The notes beneath the pieces were generated by a model. It saw nothing but the letters and a program-made list of their open reading frames with translations, ran no database searches and was not told the DNA's origin. From Kofleriaceae bacterium (GTDB taxonomy: Bacteria > Myxococcota_A > Polyangia > Haliangiales > Haliangiaceae): DNA of 17,136 nucleotides. Shown piece after piece: positions 1 through 8,405 of this stretch. Location: the NCBI GenBank assembly GCA_046597055.1, contig JBKJLC010000144.1, positions 1 through 17,136 on the forward strand. The letters run 5' to 3'. A program made the translations under genes and the position numbers. Each line of letters starts with the position of its first letter. Positions within the stretch are counted from its first letter, which is position 1.

Positions 1-95
1 GCGGCGGCGGATTGGTGGCTTGCCGTCCGTCGCGGTCAACACCATTGCCCGGTTAGATCACGGGGGATCGTCCCCTACAACTTATTTCGATCAAC

Positions 96-213
96 CCTCT
101 GAGCCAGGGCGAGCGCAAGCGAGCCCGCCGCCTCCGGGCAGCCCGTCGAAGATCACGTGCGGCACCTTGGCGCTCTGCCCTTCGACACGGCGCCTGCGGC
201 GCCGGCTCAGGGC
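96..213. repeat. Inverted pair of REP-like elements (CTGAGC...GTCGAAG / CTTCGAC...GCTCAG) with different internal hairpin inserts
   Basis: CTGAGC(99-104)...GTCGAAG(145-151) faces CTTCGAC(180-186)...GCTCAG(205-210). The ends are reverse complements and resemble the widespread CCCTTCGACAGGCTCAGGG-type intergenic repeat (family recalled from memory). Confidence 0.55.
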
Positions 214-338
214 CACCGGAAAGGGGGACACGGCGCCTGCGGCGCCGGCTCAGGGCCACCGGAAAGGGGGAACACGGCGCCTGCGGCGCCGGCACAGGGC
301 CACCGGAAAGGGGGAACACGGCGCCTTCGGCGCCGGCA
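185..338. repeat. Tandem repeat, 3.5 copies of a 43-44 bp unit with an internal palindrome
   Basis: Unit ACACGGCGCCTGCGGCGCCGGCTCAGGGCCACCGGAAAGGGGG at 185-227, 228-270, 272-314 (one T>A), partial copy 316-338. Each has the hairpin CGGCGCC-N3-GGCGCCG. Confidence 0.95.
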
Positions 339-405
339 AGGGCGTCGCACAGAGGCATCTCGGTCGAGCTCCGGGGGTTCGAGGCCAGCACGGAGGGCGA
401 GCCGA

Positions 406-543
406 GGCGGGGACGAGGTCCCAGGCGCGCTCGTAAGTTCCACGGCCGGGTGGCGCATGCGTCGGCGGGTTGGGGCAATGGCACCGACGTGCGTCACGCC
501 CGGGGACCCCGGATCGAGCAAGCGCCGGGACCTCGTCCCCGCC
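406..543. repeat. Long imperfect inverted repeat / hairpin element (~140 nt)
   Basis: Perfect 17-bp arms GGCGGGGACGAGGTCCC (406-422) / GGGACCTCGTCCCCGCC (527-543). Pairing continues with bulges to 433/515, and there is an inner stem CCGGGTGGCGCATGCGTCGG / CCGACGTGCGTCACGCCCGG. Confidence 0.85.
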
Positions 544-570
544 CACGGCGAGACCGGCCGCGGACCACGG

Positions 571-685
571 CGTCACGGCGTCACGGGCGTCACGGCGTCA
601 CGGGCGTCACGGGCGTCATGGGCGTCATGGGCGTCATGGGCGTCATGGGCGTCATGGGCGTCATGGGCGTCATGGGCGCCACGGG
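571..685. repeat. 8-9 bp tandem repeat (VNTR), 13 units
   Basis: 5x CGTCACGG(G) at 571-613, 7x CGTCATGGG at 614-676 and 1x CGCCACGGG at 677-685, abutting the stop codon at 686-688. Confidence 0.97.
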
Positions 686-1657
686 TCAATCCGAGGGGCC
701 GATCGCGAGCTCGATCACGATCGGCCGGTGATCCGAGCCGATCGGGGGACCGACCCGACGGTCGACCACCGCGAGGTCGGGCGAGACCAGCGCGTGATCG
801 ATCGGGATCCCGAACCAGCCGAGGCGCGACGGGAAGGTCGCCTGCACGCCGAAGCCGCGTCGGCTGTCGCGCAGGCCCGAGCGAGCGACCACGCGCTGGA
901 ATGCCGCCGACCAGGGGGTGGCGTTCAGGTCGCCGATCAACAGACACGGGCCGGTGGCGGCCGCCGCCAGCGCCGCGATCGCGTCGAGCTGCGTGCGCTG
1001 GAGTGCCAGGGCGGTCGAGCTGACCGGGGGCACCGGATGGGCGCCGATCACGGTCAGGCCGCCGGCGGCCGGGGCGAGCTCGACCACCGCGACCGGCACC
1101 TCGTGGCCGACGTCGACGATCCGGCTCCGCGTGAACGGCGTCCGGGCGTAGATCGCCACCCCGAAGTTGTCGGTGCGCGGCGCCTCGACCCGCGCGGGAT
1201 ACCCGGTCAGGGCCGGCGCCAGGTCGTCGAGCCAGCCGCGGTCGACCTCGAGCAGCACGACCACGTCGGCCCCGGTCCGCTCGATCAGGCGGGCCAGCGT
1301 GACGCGATCGCGGTTCTGGGTCAGGACGTTGGCGGCCAGCACTCGCAGCCGGATCGCGCCGGCCGGCGCAGATGTCCGGAATCCGGACAGCGCGGGCGCC
1401 ACCACGATGAGGTTGACCAGCGCGATCAGCCCGACCAGATCGGCCAGCGCGGCCCGGCGCACCGCCGCCGCGATCGCGGTCGCCACCAGCGCCGCCGCCA
1501 GGTAGTGCAGGTGGAAGTGCTCGGCGAGCGTGAACGGCCAGACCCCGGCCCCGACCACCGCGGCGGCGGTCACGGCGGTGAGCCCGGCGGCGCCGATCCA
1601 GAGCAGGGTGAGGCCGAGCCCGACCAGCGAGATCCGGGCCCAGGCGGGCGCGGTCAA
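686..1657 (-). CDS. Endonuclease/exonuclease/phosphatase (EEP) family membrane protein
   Basis: C-terminal 323 aa of ORF 686..3142: three hydrophobic helices, then AANVL, DVVVLLEV, IGAHP, IGDLNATPWS, PIDHALVS and GSDHRP motifs. TTG start at 1657 overlaps the upstream TGA (TTGA). Confidence 0.9.
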   Translation of the reverse strand: MTAPAWARISLVGLGLTLLWIGAAGLTAVTAAAVVGAGVWPFTLAEHFHLHYLAAALVATAIAAAVRRAALADLVGLIALVNLIVVAPALSGFRTSAPAGAIRLRVLAANVLTQNRDRVTLARLIERTGADVVVLLEVDRGWLDDLAPALTGYPARVEAPRTDNFGVAIYARTPFTRSRIVDVGHEVPVAVVELAPAAGGLTVIGAHPVPPVSSTALALQRTQLDAIAALAAAATGPCLLIGDLNATPWSAAFQRVVARSGLRDSRRGFGVQATFPSRLGWFGIPIDHALVSPDLAVVDRRVGPPIGSDHRPIVIELAIGPSD

Positions 1658-2586
1658 TTCATCTCGGCGCGCTCGGCCAGCTTCTCGAGGACCTCGTCCA
1701 CGAAGTCGTCGGGCGGCACGAACTCGTAGTGCTCTTCGGTCTCGCGGGTCGGCAGGGTCCGGATCGCACCGTCGCGCCACCAGTACAGGTTGGGCGAGAT
1801 CGAGCCGGGCCCCTCGGCGCACATGCTGGCCGCCATCACGACCATGGCGTCGATCGCGCGCAGCGCGCTGGGATCGACGATCGCGTGCCACACCAGGGTG
1901 TGCCGGTTGGGGACCGCCGCCAGCACGCCGAACGGCGCCTCGTCGGTGACCAGGTCGCCGAGCAGGAGCAGGTTCGACGCGATGAAGAAGCTCTCGCCGG
2001 TCATCGCGTGGATGGTCGCGCCGCCGACGTCGATGTCCTCGATCGAGCCGTGCTCGGTGCGGCGCTGGTTGGCGAGCGCCTGGTAGTACAGCTCGTCGCG
2101 CGCGACGTCCCACTTGCCGAGCGAGTCCGACGCCACCGTGACCACGTTCGACGGCAGGTCGTAGCAGAGCACCGCGGTCAGGTCGTCGGCGATGTCGCGC
2201 AGCACGAACTGCTCGGTGCCGCCGCTGAAGGTGTCGCGCGAGTACAGCCGCAGCTTGAGGTGGGGCCGGGCCGCAACCAGGTCGGCGCCGAGCTGACCGG
2301 CGAGCTCGCGATCGCCGCGGCCGGCCACCAGCGCGTCGAAGTGCGACGAGATCACGGTCGGGTACGACTCGATGCCGGCGGCGCGGCACAGCTGGGCCAG
2401 GTTGGTGAGGCCGAGCGCCTCGTCCTCCTCGCTGCCCCAGGCCGCCCACAGCACGCCGTCCTCGAGGCGGTAGTCGACGTTGCGCCGGGCCAGCTCGGTG
2501 GTCAGCGCGCCGACGAACTCGCGCCACTCGTCCTCGGTCAAGAACCCCGCCCACGCGGGCCGGTCGGCGGGATCGAAGTCGCTCAC
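1654..2586 (-). CDS. Hypothetical acidic cytoplasmic protein (possibly DUF1444/YtpQ-like)
   Basis: 310 aa with protein-like composition and GC3-biased codons, 4-bp overlap with the next gene. The family resemblance (LAAVPNRHTL segment) is tentative. Confidence 0.8.
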   Translation of the reverse strand: MSDFDPADRPAWAGFLTEDEWREFVGALTTELARRNVDYRLEDGVLWAAWGSEEDEALGLTNLAQLCRAAGIESYPTVISSHFDALVAGRGDRELAGQLGADLVAARPHLKLRLYSRDTFSGGTEQFVLRDIADDLTAVLCYDLPSNVVTVASDSLGKWDVARDELYYQALANQRRTEHGSIEDIDVGGATIHAMTGESFFIASNLLLLGDLVTDEAPFGVLAAVPNRHTLVWHAIVDPSALRAIDAMVVMAASMCAEGPGSISPNLYWWRDGAIRTLPTRETEEHYEFVPPDDFVDEVLEKLAERAEMN

Positions 2587-2631
2587 GAAGCGCGTCCCGG
2601 GGTGGCGGCGCGCGGTGACCCGCGGTGCGAG

Positions 2632-3102
2632 CTATTCGACATGGAGGGCATAGATCTGCATGAGGTCGGCGCGGGCCGTGAAGGTGGGCGCGCCCTGCTC
2701 GATCGCGGCGCACTGGGCGGTGTGGAATGACGGAAACGACGGCTTGCCGAGCACCAGGGCGGCGAGCACGCTGATGCCCGGTTCGTGGCCGATCACCGCG
2801 ACCGAGCCGCCCCGCGCAGGCAGGGCCTCGAGCGCGCGCCGGGGATGGCAGCCCGGCGCCAGCGGCGGCAGCACCTCGACGACGCCGAGGAAGTCGAGGC
2901 CGGCCGCGAGCAGCTCGGCGGTCTGCACCGCGCGCGGGAGCGGCGAGGTGACGATCGCGTCGAGGGTCACGCCGTGCGCGCGCAGCAGCCGGGCCAGGCC
3001 GCGGGCCGCTTCCCGGCCGCGCGCGGACAGCCACCGCTCGGAGTCGGAGCCCGCCACCTCTTCGGGCACCGCGTCGGCGTGACGGACCAGGTAAAGCTTC
3101 AC
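2632..3102 (-). CDS. sixA: Phosphohistidine phosphatase SixA (histidine phosphatase family)
   Basis: LYLVRHADA, RWLSARGR, TSPLPRAVQTA and VIGHEPG motifs. GTG 3102 is preferred (MKLYLVRH); ATG 3117 is an alternative start. Confidence 0.88.
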   Translation of the reverse strand: MKLYLVRHADAVPEEVAGSDSERWLSARGREAARGLARLLRAHGVTLDAIVTSPLPRAVQTAELLAAGLDFLGVVEVLPPLAPGCHPRRALEALPARGGSVAVIGHEPGISVLAALVLGKPSFPSFHTAQCAAIEQGAPTFTARADLMQIYALHVE

Positions 3103-3205
3103 GAGACGATCGAGCATCCCGTGGGCCGGCCTCGGCTGTCAACGCACGCCGCCACCGGGCGTGGCCGCGTCGACCGGGCCCGCGGGGTGTGCGCCGGCGC
3201 CGCGG

Positions 3206-5677
3206 TCACGGCGTGGCCGGCGCGGGGGCCGGCAGCAGCTCGGGCGGGATCTGATTGGGCATGGTGGGGACCGCGCCGCCGTAGATCCAGCTGTACGCGA
3301 AGAACGAGCCCAGCACCCGCTTCGAGTAGTTGCGCGCCTGGTCGTCGACGATGCCCTCGATGAACTCGTCGGCCGGCCAGGTCCCGCGGACCCGCAGCAT
3401 GCGCTTCACGCCACCCTCGCCGGCGTTGTACGAGGGCGGCACCAGGTGCTTGAAGCCCTGCCAGTGCTGGAAGAGGTAGCCGAGGAAGCGGGCCCCGATG
3501 GTCACGTTCTTCTCGGGGTCGCGCAGGCTCTCGCGGGTCGGGGCAATCCCGGTGCCCTTGGCGAACCGGCTGGCGGTCGACGCGATCATCTGGGTCAGGC
3601 CGATCGCGTTGGCGTACGACTCGAGGAGCGGGTTGAACGCGCTCTCCTCGCGCACGATGGCCTGCAGCATCTCGAGCACGACGCCGTTCTTGTCGGCGTG
3701 GGTCTTCAGCAGTTCGAAGAACGCGCGCGGGTACGCGATCTTCCAGCGCGCGCGGTTGGTGCCGACCGGCCACTGCCGCTTGTAGTCGAGGATGTGCCAG
3801 CGGGTCGGCCAGTGCGCGGCGCCGTGGCGACCGGCCCGGTCGTACAGCCACGCCATCGCCCACAGCTTCTCGATCAGGTCGGGGTCCTCGACGCGCTTCT
3901 TGTCGCGCGGCGGCACCAGCTCGAGCCGGCGCAGCTCGGCCTCGGCCTGATCGCCGAGCCCGAGCCGGATCAGCTCGACCGCGCGCGCGAACCCGGGCGT
4001 GGCGTACTCGGGCCGCGACTTGAACTGGAACGCGGGCGCGGCCGGATCGAAGCCGGCCGGGTCGGAGGTGAGCTCCCGCTCCAGCGCGGTGAAGCGCGCC
4101 GGGGCGGTCTCGCGCAGGCGGTTGAGCGCGAGCATCGCGTAGTACGACACCGGGTAGGCGCGGACCGTGGCCTCCCACGAGGCGACCGCCGCGGCGCGCT
4201 GGCCGCGGCGCGCCTCGGCCCGCCCGATCCAGTACTGGGCCTGGCCCTCGGCCCAGTAGTTGTCGTCGATCGGCACCAGCGCGATCTGCTGCTGCCAGTA
4301 CGCGATCGCGCGGGCGTCCTTGCCGTCGCGATAGGCGCGCCAGCCGAGCCGCCACATCGCCTCGGCCCGCATGTCACCGGTGGGGAACTGGGTCGGCAGC
4401 TTCTCGAGCGCGGCGGTGACCTTGGCGTCGTCGTTGAGGTCGGCCCACTCCTCGGCCTCGCGCAGGAGCGCGTCGTCGGTGAAGCTGTGGGTCGGGTCGA
4501 CCTGCTGGGCGGCCTGATAGCGCGCGACGCCGGTGGTGTGATCGCCGGTGAACGCGTAGGCGCGCCCGGCCTGGTACGCGCTGCGGATCTCGAGGTCCTT
4601 GTTGCCGGCGAGCTTGCACGCGGCCATCGCCTGGTCGAAGGCCGGCGCGGCCGCCTTGCGATCGCGGGCCTTGAACAGGCTCTGCGCGCGGTGGTAGGTC
4701 GCGACGCAGGCCTCGGCCGGCGTGATCCCGGGCGCGGCCATGGCGGCGGCGAAGTCGGCCTCCGACGCCGGATTGCGCATGGCGTCGAAGTGGACCTTGC
4801 CGCGCGCGACCAGCTCGGTGGCGGTCAGGGGCGCGGCCGCGGCGGCGCCGGCCGGGCCGCCGGTCTTCGCGATCGCCTCGAGCCGGGCCTGGGCCTTCTT
4901 CGCCCACGACGACGCCGGCTCCTCGACGGTGATCGCGCGGTACGCGATCACCGCCTCATCGAGCGGGCCGGCCTGCTGCTCGATCGCCTCGGCGAGCCGG
5001 AACCGCGCCTCCGAGCGGCGGATCCCATCGGGGCGCTGCGCGAGGTAGTCGCGGTAGTGCGCGGCGACCGCCGCTGCGTCGCCCTGGCCGCGCACCAGAT
5101 CGCCGACCAGCAGCGCGGCGTCGGCGCCCGCGATCGAGTCGGCCGGGACCGCGCGGGCCAGGGTCAGCGCGGCCGCGGCCTGGCGGCCGAAGTAGCGCGC
5201 GCGCGCCTCCTGGTAGCGGATCCAGTCGGCCAGCACCGGCAGGCCGGTCCGGGCCTCGGCGAAGCCGCTCGCGGCCGCATCCCAGCGACCGAGCCGCGCC
5301 TGCGCGAGCGCGATCAAGAGCGCGGCCCGCGCCCGTCCCGCGGGGTCGGTGGCGGGCAGGGCGGCCTTCACCCGGGTGAACCCGTCGACCGCGCCGGCCC
5401 AGTCCTCGAGCGCGAACCGATCGGCCGCGAGCTTGCCCTCGCCCTCGGCGAAGAAGGGCCGGCCCATGTCCTCGGTGAGCGCCGCGACCGAAGCGGGTGG
5501 CGCAGCGGGGGCGGTCGGATCGCTCGCCGGGGCGGCGTCATCGCTCTCGGCGATCGCAGGCGTCGAGTCGGCCGGGATGGTCGGGCGCCGGCGCCCGGCG
5601 TCGTCGCCCGAGCACGCGCCGCCACAACCCAGGAGGGCACCCATCACCACCGCGACGACGCGCGCCGAAGACCGCAT
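3206..5677 (-). CDS. Slt70-like lytic transglycosylase with TPR-like helical repeats, probable lipoprotein
   Basis: Signal peptide ending LLGC, long helical repeat region, C-terminal SLT domain AIVREESAF..AIGLTQMI..SYNAG..RNYSKRV. ATG 5677 is supported by the promoter position. Confidence 0.92.
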   Translation of the reverse strand: MRSSARVVAVVMGALLGCGGACSGDDAGRRRPTIPADSTPAIAESDDAAPASDPTAPAAPPASVAALTEDMGRPFFAEGEGKLAADRFALEDWAGAVDGFTRVKAALPATDPAGRARAALLIALAQARLGRWDAAASGFAEARTGLPVLADWIRYQEARARYFGRQAAAALTLARAVPADSIAGADAALLVGDLVRGQGDAAAVAAHYRDYLAQRPDGIRRSEARFRLAEAIEQQAGPLDEAVIAYRAITVEEPASSWAKKAQARLEAIAKTGGPAGAAAAAPLTATELVARGKVHFDAMRNPASEADFAAAMAAPGITPAEACVATYHRAQSLFKARDRKAAAPAFDQAMAACKLAGNKDLEIRSAYQAGRAYAFTGDHTTGVARYQAAQQVDPTHSFTDDALLREAEEWADLNDDAKVTAALEKLPTQFPTGDMRAEAMWRLGWRAYRDGKDARAIAYWQQQIALVPIDDNYWAEGQAQYWIGRAEARRGQRAAAVASWEATVRAYPVSYYAMLALNRLRETAPARFTALERELTSDPAGFDPAAPAFQFKSRPEYATPGFARAVELIRLGLGDQAEAELRRLELVPPRDKKRVEDPDLIEKLWAMAWLYDRAGRHGAAHWPTRWHILDYKRQWPVGTNRARWKIAYPRAFFELLKTHADKNGVVLEMLQAIVREESAFNPLLESYANAIGLTQMIASTASRFAKGTGIAPTRESLRDPEKNVTIGARFLGYLFQHWQGFKHLVPPSYNAGEGGVKRMLRVRGTWPADEFIEGIVDDQARNYSKRVLGSFFAYSWIYGGAVPTMPNQIPPELLPAPAPATP

Positions 5678-5682
5678 GCTAG

Positions 5683-5711
5683 ACCGTAACAACGCGGATC
5701 CCCCTCGGCAA
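5683..5711 (-). promoter_or_regulatory. Sigma70-type promoter of the transglycosylase gene (leaderless geometry)
   Basis: TTGCCG-N17-TACGGT with extended TG, 5 nt before ATG 5677; no Shine-Dalgarno. Confidence 0.6.
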
Positions 5712-5752
5712 ATTCCGTGGGCCGGCTTCCGACGACGAAACGGGTTCCGGGC

Positions 5753-6697
5753 TCAGGGTAGGGTCGGCTCTTGCTCGACGTCCGCGCCCACCACGCGGTT
5801 CCGTCCCGCCTGCTTGGCGCGGTACATCGCGCGATCGGCGGCCGCGATCAGCTCGGTGACGGTCGACACCGGGATCACCGGGAACACCGCGACGCCGATC
5901 GAGACCGTGAGCTTGAGCACCGGGCCGTCGTCGACCGCAACCTCGAGCTCCTCGACCGTGCGGCGGAGCCTTTCGGCCAGGAGCATCGCGCCGTCGACCC
6001 CGATGGAGCGGGTCAGGACCACCAGCTCCTCGCCGCCATAGCGTGCGACGACATCTTCGGTCCGCACGGTCTGGAGGAGCGCCCCCGCGATCGCCTGCAG
6101 CGCTGCATCGCCGGCCAGGTGGCCGCGCCCGTCGTTGACCCGCTTGAAGTGGTCGACGTCGATCAGCAGCATGCCGAGCTGGGTGCCGTGGCGGCGGGCG
6201 AACCGCAGCTCGGCGTCGATGCGCTCGTCGAGGTAGCGCTTGTTGTAGAGCCGGGTCAGGCCGTCGCGCAGCGCCGACTCGACCAGCTTCTCCTGGTACG
6301 AGTCGTCGAGCGCGTCGTGATACGTGAACTTGAGGATCGTGCCGCGGCCGAGCTGGAGCTTGTCGCCGTCGGTGAGCCGGGTCACGGACCGGACCCGCAG
6401 GCCGTTGATGAACGTGCCATTGCGGCTGCCGAGGTCCTCGAGCCACACGTCGCCATCGCCGTCACGGCGGAGCCGGGCGTGGGCGCGCGACACGCCGTCG
6501 TCGTCGACGTTGATGTCGGCGCGCTGGCTGCGGCCGACGATCGTCTCGGCGCGGTCGAGGTGGAAGAGGGTGCCGACCCGCGAGCCCGACAACACGAGCA
6601 CGCAGGCCCGGTCGCGCGACGTCGTCGATGGGCGGACGAGGTCCCCCTCGCGGGTGACGTTGGTGGTGTCGTGCTCCCAGTCGCTCAACCTGCTCAT
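5753..6697 (-). CDS. FHA-domain diguanylate cyclase (FHA-GGDEF)
   Basis: FHA motifs VGRS, VSRAHA and SRNGT. GGDEF domain has DGLTRLYN, DVDHFKRVND, I-site RTED and active site RYGGEEL. The start could be TTG 6688. Confidence 0.95.
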   Translation of the reverse strand: MSRLSDWEHDTTNVTREGDLVRPSTTSRDRACVLVLSGSRVGTLFHLDRAETIVGRSQRADINVDDDGVSRAHARLRRDGDGDVWLEDLGSRNGTFINGLRVRSVTRLTDGDKLQLGRGTILKFTYHDALDDSYQEKLVESALRDGLTRLYNKRYLDERIDAELRFARRHGTQLGMLLIDVDHFKRVNDGRGHLAGDAALQAIAGALLQTVRTEDVVARYGGEELVVLTRSIGVDGAMLLAERLRRTVEELEVAVDDGPVLKLTVSIGVAVFPVIPVSTVTELIAAADRAMYRAKQAGRNRVVGADVEQEPTLP

Positions 6698-6759
6698 GGT
6701 AGGGAGCCAGGAGGTGCGGGGTCAACTCTTGCCGTGCGCGCACGCGCTGGGAAGCGCTC

Positions 6760-7557
6760 TCAGGGTCGGCCCGGGGCCGGGGCGGGCGGCGCCAGCACGA
6801 TGACGGCGGGGTCGCCGAGCCGGGCGACCCAGGCTGCGACCCCCAGCTCGCCGCCGGGGCCGACCGCGATCGCCTGGACCCGCCCGGGCAAGCGGAGCAG
6901 GACCCGGTCGCCGGCGCGGACCTCGTGGCCGGCGGCCGCGAGCGCCTGGCCACGCCAGCGCATCGCCGGCGCGGCGCCCTCGGTCTCCGCCAGGGTAGGG
7001 ACGGAAAACCCGCGGCTCCCGGCGGCGTCCGCCACCCACAGTCCGCCGGGGCCGGCGTCGAGCCGCGCGACCGGGGCAGCGCCGGCCAGGCACTGCACGA
7101 GCGCACCGTCCGGGAGCCGACGCAGGCAGACCACGCCGGTCGCGTCGCCGACGGCGAGCCACCCGCCGGCGCCCTCGGGGAGCCACGCCAGCGCGGTGAC
7201 GTCGGCGCCCACCGGCCAGGTCGCGACCACACCGCCGTTCGCCAGGTCGATCTCCCGGACCCGCTGATCGTCGCCGCCCACCCAGGCGCGGCCGCCGCCG
7301 ACGGCGAGCGCGGGCAGGTCGCGCTCGGGCGGCCCGAGATCGACCCGCTGCCGCTCCCGCCCGGTCGTCAGCGCCCGGACGACCAGCGCGAACCGCTCCT
7401 CGAGCTCGACCGTGACGACGGTGTCGGTGGTGACCGCCACCGCGTAGGCGAGGCTACCGCGGGCCAGGACCCGCGCGCCCGGGGGCAGGCCGGGTCGCGA
7501 GGCCGCGCAGCCCGCGAGCACCACCAGCAGGGCGGCGCCGCGCGGCGCTCGGCTCAG
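6760..7557 (-). CDS. Hypothetical lipoprotein, beta-propeller/WD40-like
   Basis: C-terminal part of ORF 6760..8199: lipobox VLAG-C, then beta-strand repeats ([20 protein letters not shown]). Start codon uncertain (CTG 7557 assumed). Confidence 0.7.
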   Translation of the reverse strand: MSRAPRGAALLVVLAGCAASRPGLPPGARVLARGSLAYAVAVTTDTVVTVELEERFALVVRALTTGRERQRVDLGPPERDLPALAVGGGRAWVGGDDQRVREIDLANGGVVATWPVGADVTALAWLPEGAGGWLAVGDATGVVCLRRLPDGALVQCLAGAAPVARLDAGPGGLWVADAAGSRGFSVPTLAETEGAAPAMRWRGQALAAAGHEVRAGDRVLLRLPGRVQAIAVGPGGELGVAAWVARLGDPAVIVLAPPAPAPGRP

Positions 7558-7565
7558 AATCAGAT

Positions 7566-8405
7566 TCAGGCCCGGCTCCGGATCCAGGCGGCGAGGTCGT
7601 GCAGGGCCTGCGCGGACGGGCCGAGCGCGCCGGCGATCGCCACCGCCTCGCCGGCGAGCTCCGCGATGCGCGCGGCCGCCGCGGTCGCGAGCTCCGGAAG
7701 CTCGCCGTCGTCGCGATCGTCGGCGTGCTGGAACGCGATGCCGATCGCGAGCCCGTAGCGCGCCAGCGAGGCGCGGACGGCGGGATCGGCGCCGGCGGCG
7801 ATGGCGCCCAGCTCGGTGGCGGCCGCGAACAGCGCGCCGGTCTTGCCGGCGTGCAGATCCTCGACGGTGGCGAGGTCGAGCGCGGCCCCGCCGGCGGTGC
7901 GCGACAGGTCGACCGCCTGGCCGCGCAGCAGCTCGTCGGCGCCGGCGCGCCGGGCCAGGGTCGCGACCGCGGCCGCGCACGCCGGCCCCAGATCGGCCAG
8001 GCAGCCGAACGCGAGCGTCAGGAGCGCGTCGCCGGCGAGGATCGCGATGCCCTCGCCGAACGCGACGTGCACGGTCGGCTGTCCGCGCCGCAGCGCGTCG
8101 TCGTCCATCGCCGGCAGGTCGTCGTGGACCAGCGTGTACGCGTGCAGGAGCTCGAGCGCGGCCGCCGCGGGCAGCGCCTGGGTGAGGGTCCCACCGCACG
8201 CCTCGCAGGCCGCGACCACCAGCGCGGGTCGCAGCCGCTTGCCGGGACCGGCGGCGGCGTAGTGCATCGCCTCGCGCAGGCGGCCGGGGTCGGTGGCAGG
8301 CACCGGCAGGCGGCGCTCGAGCTCGGCATCGACCGCGGGCCGGACTCGATCGAGGAAGGCGCGGACCGGCGCGGGAGCCGCGCCAGGATCGATCGTGACG
8401 GTCAT
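7566..8405 (-). CDS. ispA: Polyprenyl synthetase (farnesyl/geranylgeranyl diphosphate synthase)
   Basis: [44 protein letters not shown] and FQHADDRDD motifs; xseB context. ATG 8405 overlaps the upstream TGA. Confidence 0.92.
   Translation of the reverse strand: MTVTIDPGAAPAPVRAFLDRVRPAVDAELERRLPVPATDPGRLREAMHYAAAGPGKRLRPALVVAACEACGGTLTQALPAAAALELLHAYTLVHDDLPAMDDDALRRGQPTVHVAFGEGIAILAGDALLTLAFGCLADLGPACAAAVATLARRAGADELLRGQAVDLSRTAGGAALDLATVEDLHAGKTGALFAAATELGAIAAGADPAVRASLARYGLAIGIAFQHADDRDDGELPELATAAAARIAELAGEAVAIAGALGPSAQALHDLAAWIRSRA

Noticed and set aside
1..45. Possible start of a minus-strand gene (MVLTATDGKPPIRRR)
   Set aside because: Only 15 codons are visible and there is no clear SD; it cannot be supported from this window.
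205..227. SRP RNA-like TCAGG..CCGGAA segment
   Set aside because: Lacks the AGCAG partner strand and is part of a tandem repeat.
185..338. CRISPR array
   Set aside because: The sequence between the palindromes is identical in each unit, so there are no unique spacers, and no cas genes are present.
20..1729. ORFs across the repeat region (ASWASW, HGRHGR, GVMGVM, HDAHDA peptides)
   Set aside because: These are translations of the 9-bp and 43-bp repeats or antisense shadows, with no SD or protein-like composition.
1658..3142. N-terminal 495 codons of the 818-aa ORF as a fusion protein
   Set aside because: Arg/Gly/Pro-rich off-frame read-through of the sixA and hypothetical genes; the real protein begins near 1657.
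3161..5689. 842-aa plus-strand ORF and other long antisense ORFs (5771..7267, 12801..13949, 14635..15882)
   Set aside because: Stop-poor shadow frames of genuine GC3-rich genes on the opposite strand.
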